From contig JAFIQS020000014.1 of assembly GCA_017499595.2 (NCBI GenBank), positions 186,001-250,000 of the forward strand: a DNA stretch of 64,000 nucleotides, in the 5' to 3' direction. The stretch is from Psilocybe cubensis (taxonomy: Eukaryota). Within the stretch, counting starts at the first letter, position 1, and the number at the start of each line of letters is the position of its first letter. This document shows, in pieces, positions 1 to 11,018 of the stretch. Made by a program: the position numbers and the translations under genes. The notes under the pieces are model-generated. The model ran no database searches and was not told the DNA's origin. It was given only the letters and a program-made list of their open reading frames with translations.

Positions 1-503
1 GTCTTCCCTGCCGTGTCTGCGCCACCAACAGCGCTATTCTTGCCCGGTTCGACTCCAGAAGCGCCTTCGCCCCCCCCAGCTGGCCGACCCTCGCTCCCAC
101 CGGTACCACCCGTCCTTTCCCTGTCTCCACCACCCCCTCTCCCAGCTCCACGTCCTCGAAGTTCGACGTCAAAGGCCGCACCGTTGTCAAAGGGTGCACC
201 ATCGTCAAAGGCCGCGCCATCGTCATCGTCAAAGGCCGGCCCATCCTCAAAGGCTAAGCCATTGTCAAAGCTAAGCCATCCTCCAAGGCTGGGCCATCCG
301 GGAATGGACACTCATCGGAGTTGTCTGATCCCTCGGACAGCGACGAGGTTGAAATTGTGGAGGAGGATGTTGAGATCGTGGCGTCCACGCTGCCCGCGTC
401 GAACATAGCCACAAAGACAAGGGCTGGACGGAAGCGAAAGGCGGAAACGACTCTGGCTGAAGCATCGCGCTCGCCCAAAAAACCCAAGGCCCAAAAAAAG
501 TAG
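1..503 (+). pseudogene. 3' end of a Pro/Ser/Lys-rich low-complexity gene with apparent 1-bp frameshift near 268
   Basis: ORF 13..408 (SSKA repeats) continues logically in the frame of ORF 321..503 (…GPSGNGHSSELSDPSDSDEVEIVE…KKPKAQKK*); tcaaagctaag versus the repeat unit tcaaaggctaag. Confidence 0.45.
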
Positions 504-768
504 TGTATTTCAAATCTTTGTAACTTTTTTTGGTCTCCTTTTTTGCCTTGTCTCATAGATTGCATTGTACAATTTTTAATATTTGGACTGTATATAGTTT
601 TTACTCTCATGTGCTCATCTGTTTTATATCTCTCCCAAAAAGTAGCACTTGATGATTTTTAATGAACCCGCTTTCTGTTTTGATTTTGTGTGAAAACATG
701 TTTGAGAAACATCAAGATAAGAATGAAAAGCATCACATTTAATAGGTATTATGAATCTACTTCAGCAG

Positions 769-3079
769 CTAGGCTTTCAAAGTTTTTTTTCTTTGTCTTT
801 TACCTGCTACAACAAGCAGACTTGCTTCCTGAAGTGCTAAGGCATCCGAAGTCACATTCCTGCGGGCCCGTGTTTCATCCGTATCTGGACTTGTTACTGT
901 CTCCACAAAGGCATCACAAGTCACGTCCCTGCCGGCCCGTGTATTATCCGTGTCTTGGGTTGTTCCTGTCTGAACTCCACTTTCTTCCACTGTGTCAAGT
1001 GGATCTGAGTAGGGCTTTGTTTTTTTCCTAGGTTGAATCCTTCTAGTTGGTTTTGGCTTAACTGGGGCCGGTACAGAACTCTCTTCATCGGGTCCGTCCA
1101 TTTCCGCCGTTCCGACATATGGCTTTGTTCTTTTTCTTGGCATAATCTTTCTAGCTGGCTTGGGAGGCGCCTCCTCAACCTCTGGAGTTGGGCTGGATGA
1201 TGGATTGACAATTGTTGGGCTGGATCTACTTGGTAGAGAGGGTGGCTCGCTAGATCTTGAAGGTGCGTCGGTAGGAGTCTCATCCGTCTCTGGCGTGACT
1301 TCAAATCTGGCAGTAGTGCGTGGCATCGCGGATGCCGGACTGCCCCGTCCATTATCAAACTCTGACAGATTGGATGATTCAGAGTCGCTTGAAGATTGGG
1401 TTTGAAGTCATATAGCTTTTTGCCTCAGGCGACGTTTGGTTATTGCTGCAGGAGGTGGAGGTATCGGGTGGGCTTCTAGGCCGTCAAACAAGTTGGACGG
1501 ATAGAGAGGTTCCATAATATCATAGCCATTTCCAAAACCCTTTGAAAATTTAAAGGGGATGTCTCCTTGGGCTTGACGGTCCCTCCATAGCTTGAGAATT
1601 GCAGAGGTTGACTCCAGGCGGAGCCGGCTCGGATCCGTCACGGGGATTGAACTTGGCCAATACTCTGGATCAATCATTTCTGCAGAACGCCTTTCAAGAG
1701 CATCCCAAGGAACACTTGAACCAGGCCTGTCCTTGGCTAAAGCTGTATACATAGTTAGCAAGTTTGTTGAGGACATAGACAAATTACACACCATAAACCT
1801 TGTTCATGTAAATTCTAATAATTGACTTTTGTGCATAAGCGACTTCTCTCCCAGTTGAGCCATAGATAGGACTAGGTACTATTGGAAATCCATTGCTGCT
1901 AAACTTGAGGGATTTTTCATGAAACGATGCATCTGGCAGTGCTGGATTGGCCACACCCTTCTCTATTTCTGAAATGTGGACGAGGTATTGAACAAACGCT
2001 CTGCGAAAAGCGGCCAACTCGGATGGAAAGAGTTGCCCAAAGGAAGGAATTCTGACATCGTCGAGTGCTAGATCGCTTGTCTGGGTCCTTCAATGCCCAT
2101 CAGTCAACATTAATACGGGCCAAATTATTCCGCCGCGAATGCTTACGGCGGAAACTTTATCCGCCGTAGGGTGTTTACGGCGGATAAAGTTTCCGCCGTA
2201 AGCATTCACGGCGGAACTTGTTCATGCCGTGTTTAACACTTACATTGAGTATTCGATTTTACCCTCAATATCATAATGCCCCTCAAAGGTAATGGACCTC
2301 ATACCCATTCTCTGCCACTTAAGTTTCTCTATTTGTCGAAGTATTTTTCTGCCTTGCCTGGCAGCAGTCCTGCAGATGTCAGATTGACGGCGGAAACAAG
2401 TTCCACCGACTCACTTTGCCTTCATTGATTTTGAAACACCTTTCTTATTCCATTCCTCGAGGATCTCCATGAACCTGTCCCGCTCCTCCTGAGTCAATCT
2501 GGCCTCAACCTGCTTACGTCCTTGTTGATAAAACTTCATCCAATCTTTACTTCCACGAGCAGCATTCCCTGATAGAAGCGCAACCTCGGAGTCAATCTCT
2601 GCCGACTTCTCCTCACGGAATACCGTCTGAAAGGTTATACGGGAGTTCAATCCTTCCAATTTTACACCAATTTGATTTGACGCATGGTTTCTAAACCAAT
2701 TAAATATTCGCTATTGTGATGGTTTATGTGTGTAACAAAATTTTCAAAGAAACAACGAGCTCACATGCTTCTTCACCTTCCATTCTTTGTGTAGTTGCTT
2801 ATCTTCCTTCCTAGCACGTCTAGAGTATCTGTGATCCCATGTAGCTTGCAGCTCAGGTATGACAGTGTTCTGTATGTAGTCTGCTTTGGATGACTTTGAT
2901 GTATCTTTGTAGGGCTGTACATGCTTTTTCAACACGCGCATTTCCTTTGTTGTCCAAATATTTGATTCTTCCGGCGGAAAGTCACCCTCCGCCGTCTGTC
3001 CGTTTCTGGGTCCGTTGTGGGTTGTGGCATTTGCGGTAGAAGGAAGCGGATCCGCGTCGGGGGATGCATTGGTGGGCAT
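769..3079 (-). pseudogene. Multi-exon alpha-helical KDZ-associated protein (homeodomain/HMG-like segments) with in-frame TGA at 1408-1410
   Basis: ORFs 2744..3079, 2411..2659, 1784..2017, 1408..1794 and 769..1326 are joined by GT-AG introns; motifs IFNWFRNH and W..FYQ…LTQEERDRFMEILEEW; the last two ORFs share a frame and are separated by one TGA. Confidence 0.6.
2128..2216. repeat. 41-bp-stem hairpin (1 mismatch, 7-nt loop) built from ACGGCGGA/TCCGCCGT units, intronic
   Basis: Arms 2128-2168 and 2176-2216 are reverse complements. Confidence 0.95.
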
Positions 3080-3958
3080 AATTGCAGTGATGTAACAAGT
3101 AGCTTATCGATGAGTATCTGTGTGATCTGGTCAAATCTCACGTCATACGGAGATAAAATAAGCTTCCGATCATACTAAATAAATGATGTGATGTCATATT
3201 TTTCCCAATCAGGTAATCCCGCTTCATTGTCGGCCACGATGATCAAAGCATGCTGGTCGCTGTCACATACATTGACCTCATGATTTTGCAATAGTTCCCT
3301 CTGCATTCAATCAATAAACATGGAATTTTGTAAACATTTAGCGCTTTATATAAAGATAATTTTACAAGGTTTTAAATTCTTGTCAGATGGCTGTAAAGAT
3401 ACAGAAACACAAAATGCAAATTCACGTCTTCTCACCCAAAACTTGTGAAACCCAAAACGGCAGTCATCTCAGAGACCATGAGAGGTATTCAAATGCATAA
3501 TTTTTTTCAAAAAATATAATGATCCCAGTGAGCTCATTTTGACACATTTTCTAGTATATTGAGAATATCTCCTTAAATACGAGGATTCACATTCTACAAA
3601 AAATGTCATTCGGTAGCTATTAAAAATATCTTTCATATGATATACGCCGGAGGAATGAGGGGCCAGCCAGTGAAAAGATATTTCAAAAACACTCCAAAGT
3701 GTGGTTCTGAAAGGGTCGTTCTGCATCATATTGTACATTTATGATGGGATCACGTCCATTTTGTGCATCTCTGGATTAAGTTTTATTCATAACATTTCAC
3801 TCACTCATCCAAATATGCTGCAAGATAAGTCATATGAAAGCTATTTTTCTCCTCTTTAAAATGGCATAATTGAGGGAAATTTATCTACAGAAATAAACAT
3901 GTTATACTACATTTAGATCTGCGCTCACAGGCTGTCAGACTCTTTGTTTCCAACATCC

Positions 3959-6900
3959 ATGGGCTTCAAGAAAGTACCTGATAGGGGATCGGATGAGGAG
4001 TTTCCCAATGTTCGGGAGGCCTCCTGGTCTAGTGGGGCCAAGAAACGAAAGAGAGGGCGGCCGAGGATCCACAAACTTCCTGTAGAATCATCATCAACAA
4101 ACCTCCCTCAAACAACAACTTACTCTTTCCAAAACCATGAACACAACATTCTGGAAGAAGAAATACCTCATTATCCGGGAGATCTAACTGATCAGCAGGT
4201 ACTTGATAACCTGAGACAGCTAGATGACAATAGAACGGGAGGAAAGGTATGTTTTAACATGTTTTCAGTAGAATGATCAGGATGACTTTACCTATCCAGT
4301 CTCAAAATGATTACCTGAGGGAATGGCTCCCGAAACGAGAGGTGTATCTTGGAACAATGATTGGAGGAGAAGCCCCGGATCCGGATCTGAATGGACAGTG
4401 TCAGCAATGTCAAGGAATGTCTGGAGTGTGGAGATGTTGCCAATGCTTTGGCTCTAGAATTTTGTGTTCTGAATGCCTGCAAAGAAACCATCAATTTACA
4501 CCTTTCCACCGCGTTGAGAAGTGGACGGGTCTATATTTCCATCCGGGAGCTCTGTGGGAAGTGGGTGTCAAGTTGTATTTGGGTCATAATGGGAAACGTT
4601 GTCCTTATCCCACGGATCCGAGCCACCTAGGATGGGACGGCGGAAACAATTCATCCGGGAGTCATGGGCACGGCGGAAACAATTCGCCCGTCTTTGAAGA
4701 TGAACACGGATTGGACCTGGATCCGCTTCCTGCGAGCAATGACCAAGAATCCTTTACGGCTCAGCTTCTGGCGGACCCGGAGGTACCCCATTTGGTTGAG
4801 CTGGACGATGGAGACGATGAAGACGATGATCTATTCGAGGAAGTCGATACAACCTATCTGGACCAACCTCGTCCAAAGGCAGCAGACAACAATGGAATTC
4901 CTTTCAAGGCAATTGTGCACACCTCCGGAGTCCATTATCTGCCCGTGCGAACATGCACATGCCGGTCCGTCCGCCTTCCGTCTATCGATTTACAGTATCT
5001 GGAGATGGGATTATTTGCAGCCAGCTTTGAAAACGTTCAAACTGTGTTCACAGTTGAGGTCCTTGAGGACTTTCGGATGGACAACCTCGAGTGCAAAACG
5101 TCGGCTTATCAGTATTACCAAAAGTTGCGAAGACTGACTTCGCCAGCGTTTCCAAAAAAGGTGCTGAACCGCTATCGTGAATTGAGAAGGCTTAGTAGAG
5201 AATACAGGGACCTTGTCCTGAGACGACAATACGGAGAAGGGCATACAAGAGAAGCGGTGGTCCCTTACTATCGTCATTGCCATGATTCATCACCAGAGAG
5301 GATGGGTATTAATGTATCTGATCCAATTGACGGCGGATCTGATAGTCCGTCTCAAGAAGTCGGAATGTCAACGGACCCGTCTCTGGGACACGGCGGATTA
5401 GATGGTCCGCCTGTACCACAAATGACGCGGACCGAGGATCATCCCGAAGTTGAAGATAGGAGAGGGAAGTTGGCCTTATTCTGCCCCGCCTGTCCACAGC
5501 CTGGAATAAACCTACCTGATACCTGGATTGATGATGCTGATAGGCAAGTTTTAGTTATTCTTCAAGGGTGACTGCAATTAACAGCAAGTAGCAATCTGTA
5601 CATACGTAGTTATGTTGCAGATGGTAATTTCAAAGCAGATCACCTCAATCAGAAAAACGAGGGAGACGATGTTTGGTTGAGCGTTGGAGAAGGATACATG
5701 ACTGCTCCGGGCCCTTACAAGGAGCACATTAAGGAAGCAATTTCTCTTGCTCCACGTTATAAACGGGTGCGTTATCTACCATGATTTATCTTTCACGGCG
5801 GATGCTTACGCTCCGTGTCAAAATCTTCTACGGCGGATGCTTACTTTCCGTGTCAAAAAATATCAGGAACAAACATGTCATAACTACCACGCCCAGAAAG
5901 CTGAAAACAGAGTCAGCCCGGGTAAGAGAGTACGTGGAATTGGGGCACACGCTTGCGCTAGGCACGGATGCTTCTGTCCATCCAGCATTGTCGATTTTGA
6001 CAAAGGTGAAAAGCAGATGCACATGGATTGGTCTTTGACTCAGGCCAGGGAAACTACCAACACACAGGGAATCACAAAACATTTGGAAATCTACGATATA
6101 AACTGTCAATATTGCGTTAACTTGGCAAGGCGTCTCTCAGAGTCCACAAAAATGCATTGGCCACCTTCTGTTAAAATGATTTTTGCAATTGGTTTATTTC
6201 ACGTCCACGGGCACAAGACGGAATGTCTTTACAACTACGCATCCACCTATGTCCCGGGTGTGGGAATCATTGACGGAGAAATCCTGGAGCCGTTGTGGTC
6301 CGTGTTAAATGACACATCCCGGAGTACACGTTCCGCTACCACTGCCCATCGAGCAGAGGTTTTGGACGACCACATGGGGGATTCCAACTGGAAGAAGACC
6401 ATTAATATGGCTGCAACAATTGCTGCAAAGTTCAAACGGGCACGGGAACAGTCCGGAATCACAGACCGATTTTATAGGGGTATCACGGATCAACAAGATT
6501 CCGGGCTCATCAACACTTGGGAAGATGAAATTTCAAAAGCAGAAGCGGACCGAGAACAAGGTGTGGCCGACGCTGTTGGCAAGGTAATGGCAAGCAAAGT
6601 GAAAACGGCTGCTGGACGCCAAGAAATTGAATTGCATCTTTCAAATATGGAACTTACATCTAATGGTGCTACTGGAAAGGCAGCATGGATATCATCCGGC
6701 TTAAAACTGGAGCAAGCGCAGTACGATTATTTCAATTGCATCCTACAGAATTTAACATGTTTTTAGATTGGAGCTCAGGGACCATGTCAGAAAGCTCGGA
6801 AAGCATCCTTCCACCGCGCAGAAACTTGACTTGGTCAATAAACGTCGCTCCATGCGGACCCGCGTTGAAGCCTTCTGTCGATCCGCTATGACCTTCATGG

Positions 6901-7842
6901 GCGAAGATGTCTTGGAGGATATTCAAGGGGACATCGCTCCCATACTTGACTATGAAGTCAGTGACAACAACGATCCTGATCTTGGAAATGTCAACATTAC
7001 CCGCGCGGATCCGGAACGACAGCCGCTTCCGTTTCCCTCCGCCGTCAAACAAGATTTCTTTGACGGCCTTGACGCGGGAACAAACCTCATTTTAAAAGGG
7101 CTTCGCAAACTTGAACTTCAAATAAGACATGGCCACGCAGAGGACTGTCTGGAAGCGGTCCGGTCAGCCTTGATCCAGCTTTCTTGGCAGTATAAATATC
7201 AGGTTCGGACCGCCGACTCCGTCTATATGGGGACTCGTGCTTGGGATGGCGTCAAGCTTTTGAATGCTTCCTGGAAATTGCACCGGCGACTCTACAACAC
7301 AAACCGTCAGAAGATGATCTATTTATCTGCTGGCGTGCGAGACGAGGATAATATTCGGAAACAATATCCCATTCTGCAAGTCCATAATTGCAAGCATAGT
7401 AATGCCGTGTCGGATCCGAACATTCGCGGAGGAAGCTCGGACCGTCTAAGTTGGATTTGGAGATCCCGTCAGGGCCTGGACAATGATAATCAATTATACG
7501 TTAATGAGTGTGAGTACTGCCATTTGTATTTCTAATTTTTTTCTCAAAGGTTTCTTAGTCTTCAGGCTAAACTGGCTCCGCGCGCGAGCTCAGAGAAATA
7601 GATGGCAAGAGGAGCTGGCTTTGACAAAAAAGGAAATGGAATGGACTGTCAGATTTTATGTGTATATGGCAAAGACATGGCGTGCACGGCATGATTTTGT
7701 TCCTGACAGGTTAGTTGGTCACAGGGCAAATGCTCAAAAGCAGATTGCCATGTGGAATGATCTGGGGCGGGCCGCGGATAAGGTCTTCCGTCAAATTAAC
7801 CCGGAGTATCCGTCCGTGTGGAGATTTATAATTACAGATTAA
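3959..7842 (+). CDS. CxC2 cysteine cluster + KDZ transposase (multi-exon, apparently intact)
   Basis: CxC2: CQQC…WRCCQC…CSEC…H…PFHRVEKW…GHNGKRCP and VHTSGVH…CTC; KDZ core: CPACPQPGINLP, ADGNFKA (exon 5592-5766), CARHGC…DFDKGE, YDINCQY, FHVHGH, DGEILEPLWS; C-terminal SWIW and RLNWLRARAQRNRWQEE. Confidence 0.93.
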
Positions 7843-7886
7843 CCAGTTCTTTGAACATTCTTGTTGTATCTCATCTTGTTGAATTC

Positions 7887-9511
7887 ATGCACTTACCGTG
7901 GCTTTTTAAACCTCCTGTCGAGGACGAACATCATCTCCTTACCTATGATGAGCGACGTGCTCTGGCCAAAGTTCATGTCCATATTTGTGGTGCACGGATC
8001 CGTGCCGGATACCGTTTGTTCATTGCAAACGGAGACTCTGTTTCCTCCGTGCGTCGCCAAAAATGGATGTATTTGCTTGACCTAGAGGTGGTAAGACAGT
8101 AATTTTGAACTATTATATCTTGCATTGAGAACTGCTCGATAGGCTATACTGCTGAGAGTACTCGGATACTGCTATGTCAATGGATTCCAAGTCGATATTC
8201 CATTTTTTATATCAGAAATTCTCAATCAGAGCGTACATGCCGTTTTGAACCGAACTCCCCACCATTGAGCTGTTCTATTTGAATCTCTAAATCAAAGCTG
8301 GTCAGCATGGGAAGATGATGAAATTTTAAATCAGACCAAGAGCTGGGGATATTGGTGGAGGGACGGATTTGCTGAAGGCGATGAGTGGCAAGTTGCCTTT
8401 GTTACCGTTGAATCGCAAGCAAGAGAATTTTGGAACAAGGTATGTTTTTTTATTGCTGTGGATTATATCTGATTTGCGTCCTTCCCACCAGGTGGTTCTG
8501 CCTGAATACCAACAAGAGGTACTCCGGCTAAATAATCAGAGGAAAGAAGCTAAGGAGGGCGCAAGTTCATCCACCTCTGGGCCTCCACGAAATCAAGAAA
8601 ACAATCCCAAGGGCAAGGGAAAGGCGGCTGAACGGACATCCGTCCCCACCTTGGGGAAGCACGGATCCGCGTTGACGGGAAAGCACGGCTCCGCGTTTTC
8701 ACCGCCCACGGGAAAACCCAATCCGCCGACCCGTGTTGCAAACACGCGGGATGAAACATCCCCAATTGCAATTTCTGACCACAGACCGCCCTACTGTCCC
8801 CACTGCGGTCAGCCTATCCTAACGGGCGTAATGAGGGAGTTGGCTCACCTGCACCGGAATGTGGCGGACAAAATGAAGAATGCCCATAAAGCAGTGACTA
8901 CTTCTTTGGCCGCCTTGGGCAGATATTCTGTATTGGAGAAGATGTGGATTGACTCTAAGGAGCTCCCGTTCTCTAACGGCAAGGGGCTTTCAGCCAAATA
9001 CAAATTTCAGCATCCCGTTCACCCTTCTCCTGACAGTTGGGGCGCTATAACGGCTCAAGCCCGGTCCTTCGAGGTCTCAAAGCTCAAAGTCGCTTCATTT
9101 TACATCAACGACATTTTTTATTCTTTTATTGCCGTCAAGGAACTACCTTTTCATCCACTCTGGTATCATTCGCCACCCTCCAACACTGCAAATATTCATC
9201 TCCCAACAGATACTCTGCCTACGCCCGGTTCCGTCAGCCCTCCGTCAAATGCACACACCAGCAATGCCTTCCTTTTTAACGCAAGGTCAAGACCTGTTTT
9301 CCCGGGAGAAGAGGATGATATTGATAGTACGTCCGATACCACTGAATCCTCTACACCAGCTACGTTTTTAGAGCATCTCGCACAGGACTTTGAAGAGGAG
9401 GCGGATGAGGAGTCTTCTGCCGGTGATACGACGGAGGAGTCAGATGCTTCCGGTAACTCGGAAGAGCTTAGCGAGGACGTGTCGGAAACACCCTGGGATG
9501 AGGAATCTTAG
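7887..9511 (+). pseudogene. KDZ-cassette accessory gene of unknown function with acidic C-terminus and in-frame TGA at 8266-8268
   Basis: Exon from ATG 7887, exon from 8143 reading AILLRVLGYCY…RTPHH*AVLFES…, then the 3' part of ORF 8369..9511. Confidence 0.55.
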
Positions 9512-9657
9512 TTGCCCACCTCTCGCACAGGACATCGAAGAGGAGGCGGATGATGCCTTTTCCGCCGGTAATATGACGGCGGAGTCCGATGATTCCGGTA
9601 ACCTTGGAAGAGCTCAGCGCGGACGCGTCGGAAACACCCTGGGACAGAGAATTCTGG
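9374..9657 (+). repeat. Imperfect ~140-bp direct duplication of the acidic 3' end of the accessory gene
   Basis: tctcgcacaggac…gaagaggaggcggatga…tcggaaacaccctggga occurs at ~9374-9510 and ~9519-9657. Confidence 0.85.
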
Positions 9658-9738
9658 TTGTGCTGTAGCTTTCGTACTGTTTTGGTTTGGAAATATAAAA
9701 AAATCTTCCCCAAACCCAACTTCCAAGTCAAAAACTGA

Positions 9739-11018
9739 TCATATTTCAAAATCAAAAGCGTTGGTGGCCGGTAAATTTGCAAAAAGATCGTACGTAGTAG
9801 ACCATCCCGCCTCTTGGACTCCCAGCTCTTCAAATACAGTCCTACGCATGTAATAGACTATGACTGCCCTGTCTCCATTGCACACCGCGCCGTGTTGAAG
9901 CAACCTGCCGGTAATTGCAACAAGGGTCATGGGATCATACTTGTACCGAAGTCCAAGGCCCGGAAGCTCAAGCCGTCCGTGTTCACCCTTCCCAAGCGGC
10001 ATCAAAAAATCGTACCATGAGTAGCACGACCCATTATCCCGATGGTATGGTGTATCTCGGTTGCTGATCACGGTCATGACTCCAAAGGGCGAACTCCAAA
10101 TTGTGAGAATTTGCTTCAATATTTCAGCCTTATGGACAAGCTCCGGTTCCGCAGCAAGCCGTTGAAGAAATTTCATTCCCGCCCGGTACTGCTCGGGATG
10201 TATAATGCTCAAGATGGCTCCCAGCAAAGCCGAAGATGTCGTCGTGTCTCGTATAAACTCCTGTCCAATTGGATTACACAAGTCCAAGGAGACCTCAAGC
10301 GGGTTGGACGTCTGAGGAAAATATGAGGCAGTATAATAATTAGCATACAAGTTTCTCACCTCATGGCCTTGCTGAAACCATGCCGGGGAGAAGTTAATAT
10401 TTCCAGGTTGAACCCAACCTGGCTCATGTCGAAAGTAACTGTCATTGACCCTCCAGCTTGTGGCCAAAGGTACCGCCTTGTGAATCATTGTTTCAATATC
10501 CCGTAATGAATTCCACACACTCTCCTGTTACTCTTTAGAAAGCATAATATATGAATTAATTGGTCTGTTTCTAAAACTCACCACCCTTGTCTCTGACAAA
10601 ATACCTAGCAGGTACCACACCAATATGTTGCCTGCACTATCGACCACAGTTCCGGGCAGGGTTTGGTACTGTAACGCGGAATGCACCGGAGAAAACTTGT
10701 CTTTTAGGCGAGCCTCAACGGTAAAATTCTGACCCGTGCAACGTGCACTGAGATGAGTCAAATATTCTTCTGCATCCCACGTCGTATATTCTGCCATTCA
10801 CACATTATTTAATCTCAATTTTCAAAGCTTATTGATTGCATACCTTGATTTTCAAATGCCTGCAAAATCACCTCCACAGCTAGATTGCACTCAAACATGG
10901 TCTCAGCACTGAAGTTTTCCCGGATTTGATTAGGCAGTTCTGCATGCCAAAGACGACTAGCTATTTGTGCCTTCATGTAGTTTGAGAGGGATTGGGTTAG
11001 CTCAAAGGCATAATCCAT
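9739..11018 (-). CDS. Fungal TET/JBP-family 2-oxoglutarate/Fe(II) DNA dioxygenase (4 exons)
   Basis: ORFs 10815..11018, 10528..10797 and 9739..10518 splice together; motifs VVDSAGNILVWYL, SPAWFQQGH, IIHPEQY, SNRDTPYHRD (HxD), LLQHGA (distal His), DRAVIVYYMR (2OG-binding Arg); adjacent to a KDZ transposase. Confidence 0.9.
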
